Origin: Actinomycetota bacterium
Lineage (GTDB): Bacteria > Actinomycetota > Thermoleophilia > Gaiellales > Gaiellaceae
Reading direction: 5' to 3'
DNA length: 64,000 nt
NCBI GenBank assembly: GCA_046734335.1
Contig: JBKPRA010000122.1
Span: forward strand, 3,901-67,900
Below are positions 28,363 to 35,596 of the stretch, piece by piece. The notes beneath the pieces were generated by a model. It was not told the origin of the DNA and ran no database searches. It saw only the letters and a program-made list of their open reading frames with translations. Numbering within the stretch: position 1 is the stretch's first letter; the number at the start of each line of letters is the position of its first letter. The translations under genes were made by a program, and so were the position numbers.

Positions 28363-29721
28363 GTGGCCAAGGCTGCGGCGTCCGTCTTCTCCTGCCCCGA
28401 GTGCGGGTACTCGTCGGGTCGCTGGCTCGGTCGCTGCCCGGGCTGCGGCGAGTTCGGGACGCTCGTCGAAGAATCGAAGTTCACGGCGGGCGGGGCTCTG
28501 GTCGCGGCCGCCACGCCGCTCCTGCGGTTGGTGGAAGTCGAGGCCGAGGAAGCCCACCGCATCCCAACCGGCGTGCCCGAGCTCGACCGCGTGCTCGGCG
28601 GCGGGCTCGTGCCGGCGTCGCTGGTCCTCGTCGGCGGCGAGCCCGGGGTCGGCAAGTCGACCCTGCTCCTGATGGCGCTGCGCGCGATCACGGACTCCGG
28701 GCGCCGGGCACTCCTCGTTACCGGCGAGGAGTCCAAGGCACAGGTGAAGCTCCGGGCCGACCGCCTGGGCGGCGCCGGCGCGATCGAGATCCTCGCCGAG
28801 ACGGAGCTCGAGACGGTCTGCGCCACGCTCGAGCGCGAACGTCCCGACGTCTGCGTGGTCGACTCGGTTCAGACGCTCTATGCGGGCGAGCTGGCCTCCG
28901 CACCAGGCTCCGTCGCACAGGTCCGAGAAGCCGCCGGACGCCTGCTGCGGGTGGCGAAGAAAAGCAACGTGGCCGTCTTCCTCGTCGGCCATGTGACCAA
29001 GGACGGAGCCGTGGCCGGGCCTCGCGTGCTCGAGCATCTCGTCGACTGCGTCCTCCAGTTCGAAGGTGATCGCTACCGCGAGCACCGTGTACTGCGTGCG
29101 GCGAAGAACCGCTTCGGCTCCACGAACGAGATCGGCGTCTTTGAGATGACCGGTAACGGCCTCGTCGGCGTCCCCGACCCGTCCGAGCTCTTCGGGCGCA
29201 CCGAGGCGGGCGAGGTCGGCGCTGCGGTCGCCTGCGCTCTCGAGGGCTCGCGGCCGATCCTGCTCGAGATCCAGGCTCTGGTCTCGCCGACCGACCTGGC
29301 GATGCCGCGCAGGGTGGCAACGGGTGTCGATCCAAAGCGCCTGGCGATGATCGTCGCCGTGCTCGGCAGGCATGCTCGGGTCGCACTGGGCAGCGCGGAC
29401 GTCTTCGTCAACGTGGCGGGCGGGGTTCGAATCGACGAGCCGGGTGCCGATCTGGCGATCTCGCTCGCGATCGCCTCGGCAGCGAGAGGCGTGCCGGTGA
29501 AGGACGGCCTGGCGGCGTTCGGGGAGGTCGGGCTCACCGGTCGCCTCCGACCTGCCACACAGGCCGAGCGCCGCCTCGAGGAGTGCGCCAAGCTCGGTCT
29601 CTCGACAGCGTTGGCTCCCCAGGGGACGCCCCGGCCCAGTGGGATCGGGCTCGTCGAGGCCGGAACCGCCGCCCAGGCGCTGGCGGTTGGGCTCGCGGAA
29701 GCTCCGGCCGGTCGCGACTAG
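28363..29721 (+). CDS. radA: DNA repair protein RadA/Sms
   Basis: N-terminal Zn-ribbon FSCPECGYSSGRWLGRCPGCGEFGT, Walker A GGEPGVGKST, KNRFG motif and a Lon-like C-terminal domain. Confidence 0.95.
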   Translation: MAKAAASVFSCPECGYSSGRWLGRCPGCGEFGTLVEESKFTAGGALVAAATPLLRLVEVEAEEAHRIPTGVPELDRVLGGGLVPASLVLVGGEPGVGKSTLLLMALRAITDSGRRALLVTGEESKAQVKLRADRLGGAGAIEILAETELETVCATLERERPDVCVVDSVQTLYAGELASAPGSVAQVREAAGRLLRVAKKSNVAVFLVGHVTKDGAVAGPRVLEHLVDCVLQFEGDRYREHRVLRAAKNRFGSTNEIGVFEMTGNGLVGVPDPSELFGRTEAGEVGAAVACALEGSRPILLEIQALVSPTDLAMPRRVATGVDPKRLAMIVAVLGRHARVALGSADVFVNVAGGVRIDEPGADLAISLAIASAARGVPVKDGLAAFGEVGLTGRLRPATQAERRLEECAKLGLSTALAPQGTPRPSGIGLVEAGTAAQALAVGLAEAPAGRD

Positions 29722-29772
29722 ACGCCTCTGAGCAGGGATTTTTGTGAAGAGGGCGTTAAAAGCCCTGGAAAC

Positions 29773-29802
29773 TTGGCGTTTTCAAGCCGTTTTCGCTACA
29801 CT
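29773..29802 (+). promoter_or_regulatory. candidate promoter of carD (TTGGCG-N18-TACACT)
   Basis: Hexamers at 29773-29778 and 29797-29802, about 70 nt upstream of the SD-preceded TTG start. Confidence 0.3.
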
Positions 29803-29875
29803 GCTTGGAGTTCGCCGGCGGAGGTCAGACCCGCCGGCGTCTTGGCGACTACGGAGCTTCGAAAGGGGAGTCAGC

Positions 29876-30406
29876 TTGTTCAAGGTCGGCGACAAGGTGG
29901 TGTATCCACACCACGGAGCAGGCACTGTCGTGAAGAAGGAGCAGCGCGAGGTGCTCGGCCAGAAACGCGATTACCTCACCATCAAGATCCTCCACAACGA
30001 CATGACCGTGAACGTGCCTTGCGAGAACGCGGAGAAGGTCGGACTGCGCCGCGTGATCGACGAGCAGATGGTCGAGAAGGTCATGAAGGCGCTTCAGGGC
30101 TCCGGCACGACGATGCCGAAGAACTGGAACCGTCGGTTCAAGCACAACCGCGACAAGATGAAGACGGGTGACATCTTCGAGTTGGCCGAGGTCGTTCGGA
30201 ATCTGTCGCTCCGGGACCACGAGAAGGGCCTGTCGACCGGCGAGAAGCAGATGTTCGTGAAGGCGAAGAAGATCCTTGCGAGCGAGCTCATGTACGCCAA
30301 GGCGATGGACGAGGACGAGGCCGGCGTCTGGCTGGACGACGTGCTCTCCACCGTCTCGAACGGCAAGAAGAAGACCGCCAAGGCAACCGCGGCAGCGAGC
30401 GCCTAG
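29876..30406 (+). CDS. carD: CarD-family RNA polymerase-binding transcriptional regulator
   Basis: LFKVGDKVVYPHHGAGTVVKKEQREVLGQKRDYLTIKI.. is the canonical CarD N-terminus. TTG 29876 is preceded by GAAAGGGGAG. The upstream part of the table ORF is not CarD-like. Confidence 0.9.
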   Translation: MFKVGDKVVYPHHGAGTVVKKEQREVLGQKRDYLTIKILHNDMTVNVPCENAEKVGLRRVIDEQMVEKVMKALQGSGTTMPKNWNRRFKHNRDKMKTGDIFELAEVVRNLSLRDHEKGLSTGEKQMFVKAKKILASELMYAKAMDEDEAGVWLDDVLSTVSNGKKKTAKATAAASA

Positions 30407-30427
30407 CGCCCGCGGCGCGGACCGTCG

Positions 30428-31108
30428 TTGTCCGTTTGGGCCGTGCTCCCCGCCGCCGGCCGCGGCGAGCGGCTCCACGCGGACCGACCCAAGGCGTTCG
30501 CCCCGCTTCGCAACCGTCCGCTCCTGGCGGAGAGCCTCGAACGACTCGAGGCATCCACATGGGTCGACTCGATCGTGGTCGTCGCTCCCCCTGAGTGGGA
30601 GGAGCCGGTGATCCTGCTCGCCGAAGAGCTCGGGTGCGGAAAGGTCGTCGCCTCGGTGGCCGGCGGGGAGTCACGCGCAGCCTCGGTCAGGATCGGCGTG
30701 GGAGAAGTGCCCGACGACGCAGCAGTGATCCTCGTCCACGACGCCGCCCGCCCGCTCGTCTCCGACGCCGTCGTCGAGCGCATGCTCGGAGCGCTGAACG
30801 ACGGTTGGGACGGCGCGGTCCCGGGGCTGGCCCTTTCCGACACGGTGAAGCGGGTGCGCGAGGAGGCGGTCGTCGAGACGCTTCCGCGCGACGAGCTTCG
30901 TGCCGTCCAGACGCCGCAGGCATTCGTCGCATCGGTTCTCCGTGCCGCCGTCGCGAACGGCGACGAGGCGACCGACTGCTCGGCGCTCGTCGAAGGACAG
31001 GGCGGCCGGGTGACGGTCGTCGAGGGCGACCCACGGTTGCTGAAGATCACGACCGCGAACGACCTCGCCCTGGTCGAGTTCTGGCTCGGCGGCTCCGAAC
31101 CGGCGTGA
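30428..31108 (+). CDS. ispD: 2-C-methyl-D-erythritol 4-phosphate cytidylyltransferase
   Basis: WAVLPAAGRGERL...KAFAPL...VLVHDAARPLV motifs; 226 aa. Confidence 0.9.
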   Translation: MSVWAVLPAAGRGERLHADRPKAFAPLRNRPLLAESLERLEASTWVDSIVVVAPPEWEEPVILLAEELGCGKVVASVAGGESRAASVRIGVGEVPDDAAVILVHDAARPLVSDAVVERMLGALNDGWDGAVPGLALSDTVKRVREEAVVETLPRDELRAVQTPQAFVASVLRAAVANGDEATDCSALVEGQGGRVTVVEGDPRLLKITTANDLALVEFWLGGSEPA

Positions 31109-31878
31109 TCCTCGACTACCACATGCACCTGCGCGACCCGGACGAGCGGGTCGTGCACTCGCTCGAGGCGGTCGAGCGGTTCGTGACGGCGGCGGCGGAG
31201 CGCGGGGTGGACGAGATCGGCTTCAGCGAGCATGTCTACTACTTCCGCCAGACCCGTCGGGTGTGGGCGCTCGACTACCAGACCGAGCGCTGCGTCTACG
31301 ACCTGGACGCCTACGTCGAGGTGGTGCTCGAGGCGAAACGGCAGGGCATGCCGGTCAAGCTCGCGCTCGAGGTCGACTACGTCGGGGAGCAGCAGGACGA
31401 GCTCGCGGCGCTTCTGGCGCCCTATCCCTGGGACTACCTCCTCGGCTCGGTGCACTGGATCGACGGACTGGCCGTCGACCAGCAACCTGGACTGTGGGCG
31501 CGCGCGCCGGTCGACGAGGTCTGGCGCCGCTACTTCGCCGCCGTTGTCGAGCTCGCCTCCTCAGGACATGTCGACGTGCTCGCGCATCCCGACCTGGCCA
31601 AGATCTTTCGAATGCGACCCGACCACATCGAGTATCCGGCTCTGGACGGCGTTGCGCTCGAGATCTCGACCGCCGGTCTGCGCAAGCCCGTCGGAGAGCT
31701 GTATCCCGCGGCGGCGATGCTCGAAGCCGGTCCGCCGATCACGCTTGCGTCGGACGCGCATGTGCCCGCCGACGTCGGCCGCGACTTCGACCGCGCCGTC
31801 GTCCATGCCCGTGCGGCAGGCTACGAGACCGTGAGCGTCTTCGAAGGGCGCAAGGCACGCCAGGAGCCGCTCGGATGA
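31105..31878 (+). CDS. PHP-domain phosphatase (histidinol-phosphatase HisJ/HisK family)
   Basis: VILDYHMHLRDPD..., EIGFSEHVYY, GSVHWIDG, DVLAHPDL and LASDAH metal-ligand motifs. GTG 31105 overlaps the ispD stop (GTGA). Confidence 0.75.
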   Translation: MILDYHMHLRDPDERVVHSLEAVERFVTAAAERGVDEIGFSEHVYYFRQTRRVWALDYQTERCVYDLDAYVEVVLEAKRQGMPVKLALEVDYVGEQQDELAALLAPYPWDYLLGSVHWIDGLAVDQQPGLWARAPVDEVWRRYFAAVVELASSGHVDVLAHPDLAKIFRMRPDHIEYPALDGVALEISTAGLRKPVGELYPAAAMLEAGPPITLASDAHVPADVGRDFDRAVVHARAAGYETVSVFEGRKARQEPLG

Positions 31879-31880
31879 CC

Positions 31881-31896
31881 GCCGACGGCTGTCGGC
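31881..31896 (+). terminator. short perfect hairpin GCCGAC-ggct-GTCGGC just after the PHP phosphatase stop
   Basis: 6-bp stem with a 4-nt loop, read directly. There is no U-tract, so its function is uncertain. Confidence 0.2.
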
Positions 31897-32023
31897 CGAT
31901 CGGGGCCAAATCGACACGGTTCGGGCGCAGACGTGCGCGCAGTCGGCGGGTAGGATCGGCCGCGGGAGGCGGGTGGACATCCCACAACCCCTCCCCGGGT
32001 GGGGCTATGGAAGGAGGGGGGCG

Positions 32024-32515
32024 ATGACGGGCGAGGAGCAGCTCCGCATCGGCCTCGGCGTCGACGCGCACGCGCTCGAGGACGGTGTCCCGCTCGTGCT
32101 CGGCGGCGTGAGGGTGGAAAGCGCGCGCGGGCTGGCCGGGCACTCGGACGGCGACGTGATCACCCATGCCCTGATCGACGCCCTCCTCGGCGCTGCCGAC
32201 ATGGGCGACATCGGCTCGCTGTTTCCCTCCGACGGAAGCACGCCTCCAGGTGTGTCCTCGCTCGTCCTGCTAGAGGACGTCGCCGGACGGCTGAAAGGCG
32301 CCGGCTGGCAACTGGTCAACGCCGACTGCGTCTTCATCGGTCAGGAGCCTCGGCTGGCGCCGATCCGCGACCAGATGAAGTCGGCGCTCGCCGCTGCGCT
32401 CGGCGCTCGGCAGGATCAGATCGCGGTGCGGGCGACCACGACGGACGGGCTCGGTTTCACCGGCCGCGGCGACGGGCTCGCGGCCCAGGCCGTCGCGTTG
32501 ATTCGTCGGGTCTAG
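32024..32515 (+). CDS. ispF: 2-C-methyl-D-erythritol 2,4-cyclodiphosphate synthase
   Basis: LRIGLGVDAHALEDGVPLVLGGVRVESARGLAGHSDGDVITHALIDALLGA is canonical IspF sequence. ATG 32024 is preceded by GGAAGGAGGGGGG. Confidence 0.9.
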   Translation: MTGEEQLRIGLGVDAHALEDGVPLVLGGVRVESARGLAGHSDGDVITHALIDALLGAADMGDIGSLFPSDGSTPPGVSSLVLLEDVAGRLKGAGWQLVNADCVFIGQEPRLAPIRDQMKSALAAALGARQDQIAVRATTTDGLGFTGRGDGLAAQAVALIRRV

Positions 32516-32951
32516 AAAGCAGCGCCCGCATCGCGTCCTCCAGCCGGTCGAGGGCCAGATCGAGTTCTCTCGGTGAGTAGTCGAGCCGCTCGTGCACGCG
32601 CGCGACCGACCCCTGTAGGGCTGGGAAGGCGCTCACTGCGTGCCGGTCGCCGGTCTTCGTCACCTCGAGCAGCGATGACCGGCCGTCGTCGGGGTTCGGC
32701 CGGCGCCGGACCAGTCGGCGTCCCTCCAGCCGGCGCAGGTACGACGACAGCGTCGTCGGCGGCATGCCGAGGAGGGCGGCGAGCCGTGAAGGGGTGATCG
32801 GCTGGAACGCCCTGATCGCGCTGAGGACGGCGAAGTCGTTCGGCTGCACCTTCAATCCCGCCATCGCACGTCCGAGAAGATCGTCGGCCAGCTGGCCGAG
32901 TATGAAGAGGCGAAAGAGGACGTTGCGGCCGCGGGATTGAGTTGCGCTCAT
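32457..32951 (-). CDS. MarR-family transcriptional regulator
   Basis: Winged-helix region FAVLSAIRAFQPITPSRLAALLGMPPTTLSSYLRRLEGRRLVRRRPNPDDGRS. Its 3' end overlaps the ispF 3' end by 59 nt. Confidence 0.8.
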   Translation of the reverse strand: MSATQSRGRNVLFRLFILGQLADDLLGRAMAGLKVQPNDFAVLSAIRAFQPITPSRLAALLGMPPTTLSSYLRRLEGRRLVRRRPNPDDGRSSLLEVTKTGDRHAVSAFPALQGSVARVHERLDYSPRELDLALDRLEDAMRALLSRPDESTRRPGPRARRRGR

Positions 32952-32956
32952 AAAGT

Positions 32957-32986
32957 GCGATATCGCAGTATATTGCTGCGATATCG
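32957..32986. promoter_or_regulatory. two copies of the palindrome GCGATATCGC (second copy 9/10), centres 21 bp apart: candidate MarR operator
   Basis: tGCGATATCGCagtatattgctGCGATATCGt, lying between the MarR start (32951) and the divergent beta-propeller gene (33005). Confidence 0.55.
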
Positions 32987-33004
32987 TACTAGTGGGAGGT
33001 GCAC

Positions 33005-33928
33005 ATGGTGAGACATCTGGTCTGGTTGAGCATTCTGATCGCTGCGGTGGCCGGTGTTGCGACGGCCTCGACGGAGCTGAGGCCGGCGCGGGTCGCGGCC
33101 AGGATCACGACCGGCAAGGCGCCTTGCTCCGAGAACGGCGGTCTGGGCTACCTCTGGGTCAGCAACTTCACCGACGCAACGGTTGTCCGCGTCGATCCTG
33201 CGACGAACCGCGTCACCGCGCGCATCAAGGTCGGCGCCCAGCCTTGCGGCGTCGTCGTCGGCGCCGATGCCCTCTGGATCGACGGATACGGCACCGGCAA
33301 TGTCGAGCGGGTCGATCCACAGTCGAAGCAGGTCGTGGCCCGGATCCCGATCGGCCCCAGCCTGTGGGATGTCGAATTCGGCGCCGACGCGGTCTGGGCG
33401 ACGAGCGAGTTCAACGGCACTGTCAGCCGCATCGACCCGGTCACGAACGCAATCGTCGCCACCGTCAAGGTCGGTACCGCGCCGCGCCAGGTTCGCTACG
33501 GCGCGGGCGCGATCTGGGTCGGAAACCACACCGGCAAGAGCATCTATCGCGTCGACCCCGCGACGAACCGCGCGAAGGCCGTGCCGGTCGGGCTGCTCTC
33601 CCCCGACTCGATCGCTGTCAGCGACTCCGCGATCTGGGTGACCTCGAGCGGAAATCGCTTCGTGGTCAGGCTCGACCCGAGGACGATGCGTGTGGTCGCT
33701 CGGGTGAAGGTCGGGCTCGGCCCAAGCAATGCCGCTATCGCCGGCGACGGCAGCGTGTTCGTCCCGAACAACGCCGACGGCACCGTCAGCCGGATCGACC
33801 CGGTCCATAACAAGGTGGTCGCCACCTACAGGGTCGGCCCCAAGCCGTTCCCGGCGGCGGCTGCCTTCGGCGACGTCTGGGTGCCGCTGTCGGGTGGGAG
33901 GCAGGTGGTGCGTTTCCGCGTCGGCTGA
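33005..33928 (+). CDS. secreted beta-propeller protein with YVTN/YncE-type ~40-aa repeats
   Basis: Signal peptide MVRHLVWLSILIAAVAGVATA. The unit V.R(V/I)DPATN.V.A.I.VG..P is repeated about seven times. GGGAGG lies upstream of ATG 33005. Confidence 0.65.
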   Translation: MVRHLVWLSILIAAVAGVATASTELRPARVAARITTGKAPCSENGGLGYLWVSNFTDATVVRVDPATNRVTARIKVGAQPCGVVVGADALWIDGYGTGNVERVDPQSKQVVARIPIGPSLWDVEFGADAVWATSEFNGTVSRIDPVTNAIVATVKVGTAPRQVRYGAGAIWVGNHTGKSIYRVDPATNRAKAVPVGLLSPDSIAVSDSAIWVTSSGNRFVVRLDPRTMRVVARVKVGLGPSNAAIAGDGSVFVPNNADGTVSRIDPVHNKVVATYRVGPKPFPAAAAFGDVWVPLSGGRQVVRFRVG

Positions 33929-33945
33929 TCCGGCATCATCGACGC

Positions 33946-34749
33946 GTGGCCGTGCTCCGTCCGTCGACCGAGCTTTCCCACGGCGAGCTGGCAGAGCTGT
34001 TCACCGCGGCGTACGAGGGCTATTTCGTCCCGTTCAGGGTCGACGAAGCGACGCTCGGATTCATGGTCGACGTCTTCGATCTCGATCTTGAGCTGTCGCT
34101 CGTCGCGGTGGAGGACGGCACGCCGGTCGGTCTCGCCAACCTGGGCCGGCGAGGCGCGTGCACCTGGCTCGGTGGCGTCGGCGTCGTCCCGAGCCGTCGA
34201 GGCGAGGGAATCGGCGAGCTGCTCACGCGTAACGTGCTCGAGCAAGCCGGAACGGTGGGGGCGACCGAGATGAGGCTCGAGGTGATCGTCGAGAACGGCC
34301 CGGCGATCTCGCTCTACGAGAAGCTCGGATTCGTCCGGATCCGTGAGCTCGAGGTCCTGTCCCTCGCCGCCGCGGAGCGGGACGGCGAAGACGCCGAGGC
34401 GGCGACTCTCGACGCTGCCCGGGCCCTCATCCGGGCAGGCCGGGACGGGGAAGAGCCGTGGCAACGCGCCGACGCCACGACCGACCGGCTCCTCCAGCGG
34501 CGCCCGGCACCCGAGGCGATGGTCGCCGGCGAGGCCGCGGCCGTCTATCGCGTCATCGGCGACAACGTCGGCCTCGTCCAGGCGGCGGGCGACGAGCGCG
34601 GGCTCGCTGCGATCCTTGCGTCGCTGCGCGCGAAGGGAAAGGTGACCGCTGTGAACTATCCCGCCGGAGGCGCAGTCGCAGAGGCGCTCCGGGCGGTCGG
34701 AGCGGAGGTGTCGCTGCGCCAGTACGAGATGGTCAGGAGCCTGGACTAA
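33946..34749 (+). CDS. GNAT-family N-acetyltransferase
   Basis: VGVVPSRRGEGIGELLTRNVLEQA (acetyl-CoA binding R-x-x-G-x-G/A motif) within a 267-aa ORF. Confidence 0.7.
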   Translation: MAVLRPSTELSHGELAELFTAAYEGYFVPFRVDEATLGFMVDVFDLDLELSLVAVEDGTPVGLANLGRRGACTWLGGVGVVPSRRGEGIGELLTRNVLEQAGTVGATEMRLEVIVENGPAISLYEKLGFVRIRELEVLSLAAAERDGEDAEAATLDAARALIRAGRDGEEPWQRADATTDRLLQRRPAPEAMVAGEAAAVYRVIGDNVGLVQAAGDERGLAAILASLRAKGKVTAVNYPAGGAVAEALRAVGAEVSLRQYEMVRSLD

Positions 34750-35342
34750 TCCGACTCGAGCGCGTACCCGCGCGAGAGCATCGCCTCGCCGCGATCCAGG
34801 CAGGATTCCCAGGTGGGGACGTCCCAGCCGAGCGAGTCGGCCAGGCGGACGATCATGTTGAACAGCGCGGCCACGTGGATCGCGTCGGCCATCGCCTCGT
34901 CGGAGATGCCCGCTGCGCGCACGCGGTCAGCATCATCTGGAGTGACCTCCTCCGGGCGGAGCGTCAGCTTCTCCAGAAAGCCGAGCATCGCGCGGAGCCC
35001 CTCTTCGATCGGCGCAGTCCGCCAATCCGTCTCGACCGCTTTCCAGACCTCGTCACCGAGAGCGTACGACGCGACCGCGCCGTGCGAGCGCGTTCAGAAC
35101 GGGCACTGGTTGAGCGACGAGACGAACCCCGCGAACAGCTCGCGCTCGCCGGGCGACCACTCCGACGGTCCGCGCATCGCCGCATCCAGCGCCGTCGAAA
35201 ACGGACGGCCGAACAGCTCCGGCCTGTAGTAGAGCGTCTTCAGAACGCCGGAGGCCGTGGGTAGGCCGCGGGCCTGCGCGATCTCCGCGAGGATCGCAGC
35301 CTCAGCCGGTGCGTGCCCCGAATCGACGACCTCGAGTCTCAG
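34746..35342 (-). CDS. AhpD-like / carboxymuconolactone decarboxylase (CMD) family protein with in-frame TGA (35094-35096) at the second Cys of the CxxC motif: candidate selenoprotein (alternatively a pseudogene)
   Basis: Table ORFs 35094..35897(-) and 34746..34988(-) share one frame. Read-through gives ..FVSSLNQCPF[TGA]TRSHGAVASYALGDEVW..., a CPxC-xxx-H pattern. The start is tentatively CTG 35342 (GGAGAGG 2 nt upstream, CTGA overlap with the upstream stop). Read-through length is 198 aa. Confidence 0.55.
35063..35086 (-). promoter_or_regulatory. candidate bacterial SECIS hairpin (GGUC tetraloop 21-24 nt from the U of UGA)
   Basis: mRNA 5'-CGCACGGCGC[GGUC]GCGUCGUACG-3'. The upper stem has 7 consecutive pairs (one G-U), then a C/A mismatch, then 2 more pairs. 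This was hand-folded only. Confidence 0.4.
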
Positions 35343-35596
35343 CGCCTCTCCAAACCCAACGACATCAGGCCTGCCTCCAGTCGGTCGAGGCCGGCAGCTA
35401 CCGCCGTCGACACCGTCTGCTCGAAGATCTCGTCCTCCGAGTGGCCCGCCTCCTTCAGCGCTTCGACGTCGCGGTCGGTGACCGCGTAGGCGCGCGTGCG
35501 CACCTTGGCGAGATACGCCTCGAAGTCGGGCGGTGCGGCGCGGTCGGGGTGCGCCGCGTCGCTCAGCGCCGCTATCAGATCGTCGTAGCGGGTCAC
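35339..35596 (-). CDS. small CMD-domain-like protein (85 aa)
   Basis: VTRYDDLIAALSD...AVTDRDVEALKEAGHSEDEIFEQTVSTAVAAGLDRL resembles the C-terminal helices of CMD/AhpD-like proteins. GTG 35596 overlaps the mutY-like stop (GTGA). Confidence 0.45.
   Translation of the reverse strand: MTRYDDLIAALSDAAHPDRAAPPDFEAYLAKVRTRAYAVTDRDVEALKEAGHSEDEIFEQTVSTAVAAGLDRLEAGLMSLGLERR

Noticed and set aside
31973-32023. Longer table starts for several genes (ispF GTG 31973, yceH-like GTG 37927, carD GTG 29744, Rrf2 25605, mutY-like 36432, rfbF 7776, C-methyltransferase 8860, SDR 6154, SAF oxidoreductase 3585, quinone oxidoreductase 38036, hypothetical 15370).
   Set aside because: The extra N-terminal residues are low-complexity, overlap neighbouring genes or known regulatory sequence, and are absent from family N-termini. 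Downstream starts have SD sequences, 4-nt stop-start overlaps or the TANNNT-N6/7 geometry.
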